From: an uncultured Candidatus Saccharibacteria bacterium
GTDB lineage: Bacteria > Patescibacteriota > Dojkabacteria > J137
NCBI GenBank assembly: GCA_965230975.1
Contig: OZ246402.1
Span: 309,304-373,303, forward strand
Length of the DNA stretch: 64,000 nucleotides
Direction: 5' to 3'
A program made the position numbers and the translations under genes. Under the pieces are notes generated by a model, which ran no database searches, was not told the origin of the DNA, and worked only from the letters and a program-made list of their open reading frames with translations. Position 1 is the stretch's first letter; each line of letters starts with the position of its first letter. Of the stretch, positions 39,397 through 49,069 are shown piece by piece.

Positions 39397-40998
39397 ATGA
39401 AATTAAAACTATTCAAATCTAAAGAAGATAATTATTCTAAATTTGATTCTGGCTCTAGTAAATCTAAAAGCTTTAAATCAAATCCAATAAAAAGAAGTAT
39501 TAATAAAATATCTAAATTCTTTACTAAAAACAAAATAGTAAAAGTTATTACAAATACATTTACTAAAGATATTGTTAATAAGCTCTCGCTTACACTGGCA
39601 ATTGTAATAGTATATCGATTTTTAGCTGCTATCCCACTACCTGGAATTGATATGTCTGTCTACAATTCGAATTTTGCAGGCGGGGCTGGAAGTCAGTCAA
39701 ATGCACTTTTCTCTTTATTTACAGGTGGTCAGCTAGACTCTCCAAGTTTGGTTGGTTTAGGTTTGGTAGCATATATTAATGCTTCTATTGTCATGCAACT
39801 TTTACCTTATGCTATACCAAGACTTAAAGAAATTCAGCAAGAGGGAGAGCGTGGTAGACAAGTTATAAACCAAATAACAAGATTAATAACATTGCCATTA
39901 TCTTTTTTCTATTCAATTGCATATTTAGTATATTTATCACAAAGAGATGTTGCCAATCCTCAAAATTTAGCTACCGTTGCTAGCGATCCTAACCATGTTC
40001 CTTTGTACTTAATTCCTCATGCAGCAGGTACAACTTGGCCAAGTATAGAAAAAATTATATTTATGGCCGTAATATTAGCTGCAGGAACAATGTTTTTAAT
40101 GTGGTTATCTGAATTAATAACAGAAAGAGGTTTGGGTAATGGTTCCTCAATAATAATTACAATCGGAATATTAGCGAATTTACCTACATATATATCTTCA
40201 GACTTTGCACAAGCTAATATCTTGCAGGTATTAGCTAATATTTTCCAAGGTAGATTTGAATATTTACGAGACCCGTACTTTATTGCAATTATTGCAGTAA
40301 TATTGGGTTTAATACTTGTAATAACTGCATTGGTATTTATTAATGAATCTCAAAGAAAAATAGACATAAGATATGCAAGGAGGGTAAGGGGAGAAGAGGG
40401 TGGACAAGGGTCATTCTTGCCTATTAAATTTACAATAACCGGGGTATTGCCAGTTATTTTTGCAACATCTTTGTTATCAATTCCTCAAATATTAGTTCCA
40501 CTTATAGAAAATTCAATAGATTCAAATAGCGCTGTAGGGTCATTTATACAAAGTATAAAAAACGGATTTTTATTTGCATCACAAAATGCAGCAATAGATA
40601 CAAATGATTTAATATTTATAATCGTAGAGTTTTGTTTGGTTATAGTATTTGGATTGTTCTATGCATTTATTGTTTTAAACCCTAAAGAAACAGCAGAAAA
40701 TTTGCAAAAATCCGGAGCCTTTGTTCCTGGAATTAGGCCAGGTAAATCTACAGAAAGATACATAACAGGAGTGATTTTAAGAATATCATTTGTTGGGGCA
40801 ATCGTGTTGGCTATAATTTCAATTATTCCAATAGTCTCAAGAGATTTATTAATTTCAAGTACCGGAAATTCTTTACAAATTTTAACTGGTATTTCCGGAA
40901 CCGGAATTTTGATTATTGTCGGAGTTGTGTTAGATACATATAGACAATATAAGTCATTAAAAGCAACTAGAGGTTATGATAGATATATAATTTCATAA
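39397..40998 (+). CDS. secY: Preprotein translocase subunit SecY, extended
   Basis: IPLPG, YINASIVMQLL, GLGNGSSIII, GVLPVIFA, FVPGIRPG. Confidence 0.97.
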   Translation: MKLKLFKSKEDNYSKFDSGSSKSKSFKSNPIKRSINKISKFFTKNKIVKVITNTFTKDIVNKLSLTLAIVIVYRFLAAIPLPGIDMSVYNSNFAGGAGSQSNALFSLFTGGQLDSPSLVGLGLVAYINASIVMQLLPYAIPRLKEIQQEGERGRQVINQITRLITLPLSFFYSIAYLVYLSQRDVANPQNLATVASDPNHVPLYLIPHAAGTTWPSIEKIIFMAVILAAGTMFLMWLSELITERGLGNGSSIIITIGILANLPTYISSDFAQANILQVLANIFQGRFEYLRDPYFIAIIAVILGLILVITALVFINESQRKIDIRYARRVRGEEGGQGSFLPIKFTITGVLPVIFATSLLSIPQILVPLIENSIDSNSAVGSFIQSIKNGFLFASQNAAIDTNDLIFIIVEFCLVIVFGLFYAFIVLNPKETAENLQKSGAFVPGIRPGKSTERYITGVILRISFVGAIVLAIISIIPIVSRDLLISSTGNSLQILTGISGTGILIIVGVVLDTYRQYKSLKATRGYDRYIIS

Positions 40999-41771
40999 TG
41001 AAATATAATAATATCTTTACAAGCACATCTGATATTAGTTCTATAAGAGAAGCTACTAAAATATCTTCACAAATTTTAAAAACTTTAAGAGACTCTGTAA
41101 AAGGTGGTTTAACTGCAGAAGATTTAAATGCTTTAGCAGAATTGGAATGCAAAAAATACAACGTATTGCCAGCATTTAAAGGGGTAGAGGGCACTAAAAT
41201 GCCATTTGATAAAGCTGTCTGTATCTCCATTAATGATGAAATACTTCACGGTAGACCATCTGATGTTAATGTAATTAAAGAAGGAGACATTGTGAAAATT
41301 GATTTTGGCATAATTCATAATGGTTTTTATACAGATCATTGTGTAACAGTTGGGGTAGGAATACTTTCAAAAGAAGAGGAACGATTAATAAATACTGCAA
41401 AATTATGCATAGATGAGGCAGTAAAAGAGGCAGTGGTTGGAAATTATACAGGAGATATTTCCTATGTGTTAGAAAATATAGCAACCCTAGGTGGTTTTAA
41501 TTTTGTAACAACTTATTGTGGTCATGGTATAGGTAAATCACTACATGAATCCCCAGAAATCTTATCTTGGGGAGATAGAAAAACAGGAGTCAGATTACAA
41601 GAAGGAATGCTTTTGTGTATAGAAAATCAAATAACTATGGGTAGTGCTAAACTTAAATTGCAACCGGATGGTTGGACTTTAAAGACAGTAGATAAAAGCA
41701 AAGGGGCCATGTTTGAACATATGGTCCTAGTTGGTAAAAATTCCCCAGAAATTCTTACAATATTAGACTGA
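40998..41771 (+). CDS. map: Methionine aminopeptidase type I
   Basis: CISINDEILHG, KIDFG, GHGIG..LHE.P, FEH. Confidence 0.96.
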   Translation: MKYNNIFTSTSDISSIREATKISSQILKTLRDSVKGGLTAEDLNALAELECKKYNVLPAFKGVEGTKMPFDKAVCISINDEILHGRPSDVNVIKEGDIVKIDFGIIHNGFYTDHCVTVGVGILSKEEERLINTAKLCIDEAVKEAVVGNYTGDISYVLENIATLGGFNFVTTYCGHGIGKSLHESPEILSWGDRKTGVRLQEGMLLCIENQITMGSAKLKLQPDGWTLKTVDKSKGAMFEHMVLVGKNSPEILTILD

Positions 41772-41839
41772 TTGTAGACTGTTTAAGAGCTTTAGAATAT
41801 AATCTAAGTGTGTTAGTTTTAATTATTATTTTTATTTAA

Positions 41840-42205
41840 ATGTCAGATGCAAGTACACCAGCACCAGTTTCAAGTGCACCAAGCAATGATAATGTAATGG
41901 CAGCAGTCGCAACAATTCCATTAGTTGGATTAATTATTTACTTTGCAATGAAGGATTCTAGCGAATTTGTCAGATTTTATGCAAAACAAAGTATCGGTTT
42001 ATTAATTTTAGAAATTGTAGTGTGGATTGTAACTGCTGTGATAGGCGTAATTCCTTTCTTAGGCTGGGTTATAGGTCCAATTTTGGGTATGGTAGCAAAC
42101 CTTGGTATTTTAGCAATATGGTTAATTTTGTTAATTAATGCATTACAAGGTAAAAAATACAGATTACCTTTACTTGCAGATGCACTAGATCAATACATTA
42201 AGTAA
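41840..42205 (+). CDS. DUF4870/Tic20-like membrane protein
   Basis: FVRFYAKQS, IPFLGW, A.QGK.YRLP. Confidence 0.8.
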   Translation: MSDASTPAPVSSAPSNDNVMAAVATIPLVGLIIYFAMKDSSEFVRFYAKQSIGLLILEIVVWIVTAVIGVIPFLGWVIGPILGMVANLGILAIWLILLINALQGKKYRLPLLADALDQYIK

Positions 42206-42259
42206 TACTTAATTTGAAAGTGTAAGGTTTTTGTAAGAAATTTTAGGTAAATTAGTTTT

Positions 42260-44164
42260 ATGAAAATAAAATTAATTTACCTTTTTTTATTGCTATTAGT
42301 AAGCTTTTGTTTACTAATTATTAGCTCTAAAATAATTAAGGCACAAGAAGTTACTTTGTTTATAAGTGAATTTTTGCCGGACCCCGAAGGTTCTGATTCT
42401 GGGAAAGAGTGGGTAGAAATTTTTAATAATTCAAATCAAAGTCTAACTATAAGTGCATGGAAAATAAAAAATACTTCATCTAGCGGTACTGTTAGAAATA
42501 TAGTTATTCCAAATGTTACTATAAATGCAAACCAGTACTTATTAATTGCAGATTCTAGTAATATAATTTTGCCAACTGCGAATAATTCAATAATAGTATA
42601 TTTACCACTTGGGAATGTTAATTTATTTAATACAAATTCCAAATTAGAGTTAATAAATGATTTATCTATAACTGTAGATTCACTAGATTACCTATCTTCG
42701 TCTGAAAATATAAGCTGGGAAAGAACAGGCCCTTATTGCAGTATTTTAGAAAAAAGTTTAACTGCAAATACATTAGGGCTTAATAACTCTCAAACTTCTT
42801 CACAGTGCTGGTCAATAACTCAAATTGCAAGTTACCCAAATCAAAACGAGCAAATACAGACTGTCGTATCAGAACCCATTGTCTATCTGCCATCTTATCC
42901 ATCAACACCTCAAGTAATTACGGAAGGCTTTTATAATACCAAATTACAAATAACAGAAATATACGCATCTCCACAAACAGGGGAAAAAGAGTGGGTGGAA
43001 GTTTACAATAATAGTAATGAGACAATAGAACTAACACAATTCAAATTATCTGAAGTAAATAGCTCAGATGTTTATGAGAAGTTTATGAGTTTGAATGGGC
43101 AAATAAATCCATATCAGTATTTGGCAATCGAAACAAGCACCATTACTTTAAATAATACTGGCGATCAATTAGCATTATTTTATAAACAAGAGTTAATTGA
43201 TCAAATAGACTACCCAAGCTTATCGAAAGGGGAGTCTTACTCTAGGGGTTTTAGAAATAATCAGTATAGCAATGATTGGTTTGTAACATCTAAAGTTACA
43301 AAATCTAGTTTGAATGCAAGTAACGAAATAGAGTTTATTCCATTAAGTCAAATTACCAACTACCAAACTGGAATAGTAATTAAAACAAAAGGGTGTATTA
43401 GTTTTATTAAAAGTGTTATGCCAGATAACTATGCTTACTTTATTAGTGATACTTACAGTTTAAAAGTTAAATTTATAGATGATAGTGATTTAAATATAGA
43501 TGATTGTTTAGAACTTACGGGTAAGCTTATTAAAACAAGTAAAGATAGTTACTTTTATGTGTCTAGTTATACTTTTTTAAACCAAAGTTTAAACAATAAT
43601 TATATAAATATAAATGGTGAGACAACATTTATTAACTTTGAAGGCAAATACGTTAGCCTAAGTGGTGTAAGTATTAAACGTAACTATACTTATTCACTTT
43701 TGCTTTCTAATGACTTAAAAATGAAGTATCCAGAAGATTTTGACCCTAATGATTATTCATCTGAAGATAGCATTAATATTGAGGGAGTAATTATAAAGTT
43801 AACTAATAGTTATTATATTTACCCATTTACTATTGAAAAAGAGCAAAGTGTATTGGGAGCAATCAGATATTCAGATGAAAATCTCTCAAATAAGCTTTCA
43901 GGTAATAATAATTCTAAGACTGTCGAACAAAATAAATTGAATTTAATTCAGCCAAATACTATAAAGATTCCAATAGCATACTTTCTATTACTTTTATGGA
44001 TTTTAGCGCATATCGTTATATTCAATAGAAATATTATTGCTTTAAAATTAAAGGTAGATAAATTTATGAAAGAAAGGGTAAAATACATGAATGCCAAAAC
44101 AACTTCATATTTTGGGAAAGACATATTTCATAGAAATTTTTCCAAAGAGACTACTAAAATCTAG
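42260..44164 (+). CDS. Surface protein with two lamin-tail domains, OB-fold-like region and C-terminal TM
   Basis: ISEFLPDP.G.D..KEWVEIFN and ITEIYASP...KEWVEVYN; LNNTGD. Confidence 0.82.
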   Translation: MKIKLIYLFLLLLVSFCLLIISSKIIKAQEVTLFISEFLPDPEGSDSGKEWVEIFNNSNQSLTISAWKIKNTSSSGTVRNIVIPNVTINANQYLLIADSSNIILPTANNSIIVYLPLGNVNLFNTNSKLELINDLSITVDSLDYLSSSENISWERTGPYCSILEKSLTANTLGLNNSQTSSQCWSITQIASYPNQNEQIQTVVSEPIVYLPSYPSTPQVITEGFYNTKLQITEIYASPQTGEKEWVEVYNNSNETIELTQFKLSEVNSSDVYEKFMSLNGQINPYQYLAIETSTITLNNTGDQLALFYKQELIDQIDYPSLSKGESYSRGFRNNQYSNDWFVTSKVTKSSLNASNEIEFIPLSQITNYQTGIVIKTKGCISFIKSVMPDNYAYFISDTYSLKVKFIDDSDLNIDDCLELTGKLIKTSKDSYFYVSSYTFLNQSLNNNYININGETTFINFEGKYVSLSGVSIKRNYTYSLLLSNDLKMKYPEDFDPNDYSSEDSINIEGVIIKLTNSYYIYPFTIEKEQSVLGAIRYSDENLSNKLSGNNNSKTVEQNKLNLIQPNTIKIPIAYFLLLLWILAHIVIFNRNIIALKLKVDKFMKERVKYMNAKTTSYFGKDIFHRNFSKETTKI

Positions 44165-44576
44165 GGTTATTATAGAGAAAGATAAGCTAATTATTTTTTT
44201 AGCAGAAAATCAAAATCAATCAGAGGCTTACGTTTTATTAGAAAATTTTTTAATAGAATTTGCAAGATCTTATATAACAAAAAGAACGGATCTATTTTGT
44301 AAACAATTTAGCTTTGAATATAATCGAATAGCTATAAAGGAACAGCGATCTAGGTGGGGTAGTTGCTCTAGTTTAAAGAATCTAAATTTTAATTGGAGAT
44401 TAATTTTTGCTTTACCTTTAGTTGTTGATTATGTAATTTTGCATGAGTTAGCTCATACCAAGCAAATGAACCATTCAAAAGCATTTTGGGATATAGTAGA
44501 AGAGTGTATGCCAAATTACCTGGCATGTAGAAATTGGCTTAAAATTAATGGAAAATCTTTATTCTCAGCATTTTAA
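44091..44576 (+). CDS. YgjP/DUF45-family (M48-like) metal-dependent hydrolase
   Basis: RWGSCS, NWRL, DYVILHELAH, NHS..FW. Confidence 0.92.
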   Translation: MPKQLHILGKTYFIEIFPKRLLKSRVIIEKDKLIIFLAENQNQSEAYVLLENFLIEFARSYITKRTDLFCKQFSFEYNRIAIKEQRSRWGSCSSLKNLNFNWRLIFALPLVVDYVILHELAHTKQMNHSKAFWDIVEECMPNYLACRNWLKINGKSLFSAF

Positions 44577-44660
44577 ATTATACTTTATAAGTAATTGAAT
44601 TTGAGTTTATGTCGTAAATTCTATTATTTGATTTAGAAGATTAGTCCTTAAATTCTTATT

Positions 44661-44686
44661 AAAAAAGCCCTCCTTTCGGAGGGCTT
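44661..44686 (-). terminator. Intrinsic terminator of the 899-aa surface-protein gene
   Basis: AAGCCCTCC-TTTC-GGAGGGCTT preceded by an A-run on + (U-tract on -). Confidence 0.8.
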
Positions 44687-44700
44687 AATTTTATGTTCTT

Positions 44701-47367
44701 CTACTTCCTTGATCTTTTTCCTTTAGCCTTATTACTTAAATCATCTATTATACTTTCTTCATAAGGTCTAAATTGAACTTTGACATTATTAACTTTCCCA
44801 TTTACAGAATCAAATACAGAACCAACTAGTTTTTCAGATAACTGATATCCAAATTTAGTTCTATATACCATCACTCCAAGAGTTATAAACATTAATCCAA
44901 CTAACAACATTCTTGCATCATCAAATATACCTGTGTTTGGTATAGCTGTTGGTGTGCAGTTTAGCAATGTTCTTAAGTCAAATGTTGTGCTGTTATCTTG
45001 AGTTGTTGATGTGTCATACTGCAATTTAGCTTGGTTAACTACACCTGGTGCTGTGAATGTTAACAAATTAGCCCTTGGAATTGTTAACGAATAAGTAAAT
45101 GTTTTTGATTGACCTGCAGTGTATGTTCTAGCAGTAGTATCACCAGTCCAAGTAATTTTACCTCCAGATACAGAACTGTATGTTGGATTAATATTAGTTG
45201 GTTGTATTCCTAGTGTTACTGCATTTGCATCATATTTGTCTTCTACAAAGTCAATTACTCCTGTTACACTACCAATGTTTTTAGCTGTAACTGTATAGTC
45301 AATTCTTGCATCTCCATCTGCTTCGCAAACAACTGCACCACTTTTTACTACATTAAATAATGGTTCAGCTTGAGCAGTTTGAGATACTGTAATGCTTTCT
45401 AAACATTCTGTTGGTGATGTTAATGCGGTTGATCCATCTAATAATACTCTTACATCATATGATCCAGCAGCTACTCCTGTTCCATTTGGTGCTGCAGATT
45501 CCCATCTGAATGTATATGTGTGAGTGCTAGTTATTGCGTCAAATGAATATGAGTATGCACTTACCAACGAACTAGATGTGTTTAATGCATCTCTTCCAAC
45601 TGGTGAGCCAGCTGTTCCTACTCTTAACCTTATATTTGGATAAGGGTTAGTTGTAGCTGGGTTTTGGTATTTCAAAACGTATTCTAAGTAGTTACCTGTA
45701 CCACTTGCTATAGGGTCATTTCCACTTTCAGTTAAATCAATACATTGTGCTGCTACTACTGTACATGTTGCTGTATTTAAAGATACAGGGTTTGTATTAA
45801 TTCCGCTTGTTGTTAAATAAACTCTTACATAATATATAGTTCCTTGTTGTAGTGTAAATGCTGTGCTACCTGTAAATCCAGTACCGTTAGTTACTGTTGT
45901 TCCAGATGGTACATTTTTGCTCCAATAGGTTGCAAAGTTTGATGTTGTTGATATATCTACTCTTACTGCTTGAGCAGGGTATGTTCCCATGTTCCAACTT
46001 ATTGTTGCTGTAGGTACTGTTGATCCTTCTGGACAAGTAGATGCTACAGTTGCAGTTGGGTTCGTTTCTGGTGTACATGTAGGTGATGTAGGATTATCAG
46101 GTAATCTACATCTATTTTCTGTACCAATGTTATAACAAGTCAAACCACTAGCACATAATATATTTGAAGAATTACAAATCTCATTACACTGAACAGTTTG
46201 AGTTGAAGGTGTATTTGGTGGATTGCCTGGAGTTGTAATTACCGTTGATGAGTTGAAACACTCAGGTTGAGCTCCACACGATGCACCCTCTCTATAGCAT
46301 TTCACTGCTCCATTAACGCTATAGCAATTATCACATTTATTACCACTTCCACCGCTAATTACATTACCACAACCTAGGAATCCGCTGGATGCAAGAGCAT
46401 AAGTCAGTGTCCCATCAGGAAGTTTGACTTCTTGACATTTTCTTAATGCCGCATTTTTTCTACATTCATCCTCTGTAAAACAAAATGCATCCTGTAAATT
46501 CTTTTGATCTGCCGTAGCACAGGAAGCACCGCAGGCATCTGTATTTATTATATCTGTTTTCCATTGGCCTAGTTGACTACATTGTACACCACTTGTTCCA
46601 CCAGTACATTTCCATGTAAAAGGAACACAAACTCCACCAGTAGGTATGGTACCTTTACTACCTGGAGAAGTACATGCAATAGTAGCCCAAACAGACTCTT
46701 GTTGAACTGTTGAACCATTTTCGTTATAACCACACCTAAATCTACCATCAATACATGAATAACATCCAAGTCCAATTCCACAGCCATCAGTTGCTGCATC
46801 ACCAGGTGTACAAGGGTCACCTATAGTTCCTAAATTAGATCCGTTATCGGACCCGCCAGTTACACTACCATTACTTGCTGTACAAGATGCACATGCTGGC
46901 TCATCTTTTGAACCTGTTGAACAACTAGCATTAGATTCTCCAGGATCACATCTTCCATCGTTTGGTCTGGCTGGGTTAATAGGTTCTCCATCTCTTGTTG
47001 TGGTTCCACAAAATCTATTTGTAGGGTACCATGATCCAGCCCTACATTGGTATTCTGCATTATATTGGTCACAAATAAAACCTTGATCTGGCGTGCCATT
47101 ACAACTAGTTGTACTACCAGTTGGAATTCCATTACCTCCATTAACTTGGGCAGAAAAACCTCCGCACTCTGGCCTAGCTGCAAAGTAGTCAGAACAACCA
47201 CAACCACAAGATTGCGAGCAACCCCATGTGCAAGCACTTGAGCTATCTGGGGCAAGGCCACTTTCTTGTGAAAGTCTATAAGCAATGAATAAAGAAACAG
47301 CAGCCAATACTACAATAAGTAGTATTAAAACGATTTTGAATACGTTCTTAGTTTGAACTTGTTGCAT
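44701..47367 (-). CDS. Cys-rich surface protein with Ig-like and DUF11-like domains and an LPxTG-like anchor
   Basis: N-terminal TM, long Cys/Gly-rich region, VVKS..IDYTVTAKNIG, IPNTG + TM + basic tail; ATG at 47367 preferred. Confidence 0.8.
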   Translation of the reverse strand: MQQVQTKNVFKIVLILLIVVLAAVSLFIAYRLSQESGLAPDSSSACTWGCSQSCGCGCSDYFAARPECGGFSAQVNGGNGIPTGSTTSCNGTPDQGFICDQYNAEYQCRAGSWYPTNRFCGTTTRDGEPINPARPNDGRCDPGESNASCSTGSKDEPACASCTASNGSVTGGSDNGSNLGTIGDPCTPGDAATDGCGIGLGCYSCIDGRFRCGYNENGSTVQQESVWATIACTSPGSKGTIPTGGVCVPFTWKCTGGTSGVQCSQLGQWKTDIINTDACGASCATADQKNLQDAFCFTEDECRKNAALRKCQEVKLPDGTLTYALASSGFLGCGNVISGGSGNKCDNCYSVNGAVKCYREGASCGAQPECFNSSTVITTPGNPPNTPSTQTVQCNEICNSSNILCASGLTCYNIGTENRCRLPDNPTSPTCTPETNPTATVASTCPEGSTVPTATISWNMGTYPAQAVRVDISTTSNFATYWSKNVPSGTTVTNGTGFTGSTAFTLQQGTIYYVRVYLTTSGINTNPVSLNTATCTVVAAQCIDLTESGNDPIASGTGNYLEYVLKYQNPATTNPYPNIRLRVGTAGSPVGRDALNTSSSLVSAYSYSFDAITSTHTYTFRWESAAPNGTGVAAGSYDVRVLLDGSTALTSPTECLESITVSQTAQAEPLFNVVKSGAVVCEADGDARIDYTVTAKNIGSVTGVIDFVEDKYDANAVTLGIQPTNINPTYSSVSGGKITWTGDTTARTYTAGQSKTFTYSLTIPRANLLTFTAPGVVNQAKLQYDTSTTQDNSTTFDLRTLLNCTPTAIPNTGIFDDARMLLVGLMFITLGVMVYRTKFGYQLSEKLVGSVFDSVNGKVNNVKVQFRPYEESIIDDLSNKAKGKRSRK

Positions 47368-48049
47368 TGTTTTCTCCATTAAATCTATTATTAACACCAA
47401 TCATAGTAGTTAAAATTGCAGATGCGATTGGTTGAGTTACACTTTGATTAAGCTCCACTAAGTCAGAACAGTCTCCAAACCCTTCATAAACTATAGTTGC
47501 ATATTCAAAGTCGTTTTGCGTATGAAAAATATTAGTTCTGCACCAATTAGAACCGGTCTTATCAGAACCAAAAAAGAAATTAGAAGAATAATAATTACCA
47601 TTATCAAACTCTTCTAAAATAAATTTATTATTAATTCTTTCGTACAAAGAATCTGCAGAATCATCTATATAAGAAAACTCATTATAAGCAAAAAGCTCAA
47701 AATAAATCTTTTTTGTACCCAAAGTGTAAGTACAAGAAATAGGCATATAATCAAACCTAGAATTATTAGTAGTAGGAATATCTTTATTTTTATAAATAAT
47801 TAAATCCTCTGGAGAATTTTGAAAAATAGTTTGCCCCGAAAAAACATTTGTACAATCAAGATTTGTAAATGCCTCTACAACATCATCATAAGCGTCTCTA
47901 GTTGCAGTATCTCCAAAACCTGCAGCCCCAGAATTATTTGGTGACTGATTATTTTGCACAAGTTGAGCAAGCAAAACTGCCAACGCTCCAATTAAAATAG
48001 TCACTACAATTAATGCAATGACGATTGTTTTTTTTCTGTTGTTATTCAT
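47348..48049 (-). CDS. Membrane-anchored hypothetical protein
   Basis: N-terminal TM, 4 Cys; overlaps the start of the downstream gene. Confidence 0.7.
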   Translation of the reverse strand: MNNNRKKTIVIALIVVTILIGALAVLLAQLVQNNQSPNNSGAAGFGDTATRDAYDDVVEAFTNLDCTNVFSGQTIFQNSPEDLIIYKNKDIPTTNNSRFDYMPISCTYTLGTKKIYFELFAYNEFSYIDDSADSLYERINNKFILEEFDNGNYYSSNFFFGSDKTGSNWCRTNIFHTQNDFEYATIVYEGFGDCSDLVELNQSVTQPIASAILTTMIGVNNRFNGENNATSSN

Positions 48050-48203
48050 AAAATTGTATATGTAGATCTACTTTTACCAGTATACAGAAAACGAAATAAA
48101 AGTAAAATTAAATAAAAAACATTAGATATATTAGCTAATATAAATTATCAGAATTAAATAAAGAAATCTAGCCTAAAATTAAATGCTTAGCTATAATTCA
48201 AGT

Positions 48204-48959
48204 ATGCTACAAATAAAAAACTTAAATATAAATTTGGCTCAAGGAAAAGAGATAGTTAAAAACTTTAACTTAACGGTTAATCCGGGTGAAATACATTTAC
48301 TTAATGGCAAAAACGGAAGTGGAAAATCTACATTGGTAAACACATTAATGGGTAATCCAAACTTTGAAATAATAAGTGGAGAAATACTTTTAAAAGATGA
48401 AAATATACCTGAATACATTTTAGAAAAAATTGATAACGAGTTCGTTACAAAAAACGAAAAAGAAATAACTATAAATCTCACACACTTAGAACCAACAGAA
48501 AGATCCTTGTGTGGCTTATTTTTAGCAAATCAGTACCCAATTGAAATCCCAGGCGTTTCTTTAACAAGTTTTTTAAGATTAATATATAACGCAAGAAGAC
48601 CAAAAGAAGAACAATTACCTGTTTTTAAATTTAAAAATTTATTATTAGAAAAAGCAAAACTAATAAATTACCCGGAACACCTATTAAAAAGAAACTTAAA
48701 CGAAGGTTTTTCAGGAGGAGAAAAAAAGAAAACGGAGATACTTCAAATGTTAGTATTAGAACCTAAATACGTATTTTTAGATGAAATTGATTCTGGTTTA
48801 GATAAAAGCTCTGTTCAAGAAGTTTTTACTGGAATTTCAGAATATAAAAAACTATTCCCGCAAACTGCATTTATAATAATAACTCACTACGATAGAGTAA
48901 AAGAATTCTTAAAAATTGATTTTGAGCATGAAATGCAAAATGGAGAATTAATTGCATAG
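48204..48959 (+). CDS. sufC: Fe-S cluster assembly ATPase SufC
   Basis: GKNGSGKST, QYPIEIPGV, RNLNEGFSGGEKKK.EILQ, LDEIDSGLD, ITH. Confidence 0.93.
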   Translation: MLQIKNLNINLAQGKEIVKNFNLTVNPGEIHLLNGKNGSGKSTLVNTLMGNPNFEIISGEILLKDENIPEYILEKIDNEFVTKNEKEITINLTHLEPTERSLCGLFLANQYPIEIPGVSLTSFLRLIYNARRPKEEQLPVFKFKNLLLEKAKLINYPEHLLKRNLNEGFSGGEKKKTEILQMLVLEPKYVFLDEIDSGLDKSSVQEVFTGISEYKKLFPQTAFIIITHYDRVKEFLKIDFEHEMQNGELIA

Positions 48960-49069
48960 CCCTTCTACAAAGATTTTATAGCTATACTTCAAATCATAAA
49001 TTTGAAAACAACAACTTATTAACATATACTATAGTCGCACAAACTATTTAAACTGTTAAAAATTTTTGT

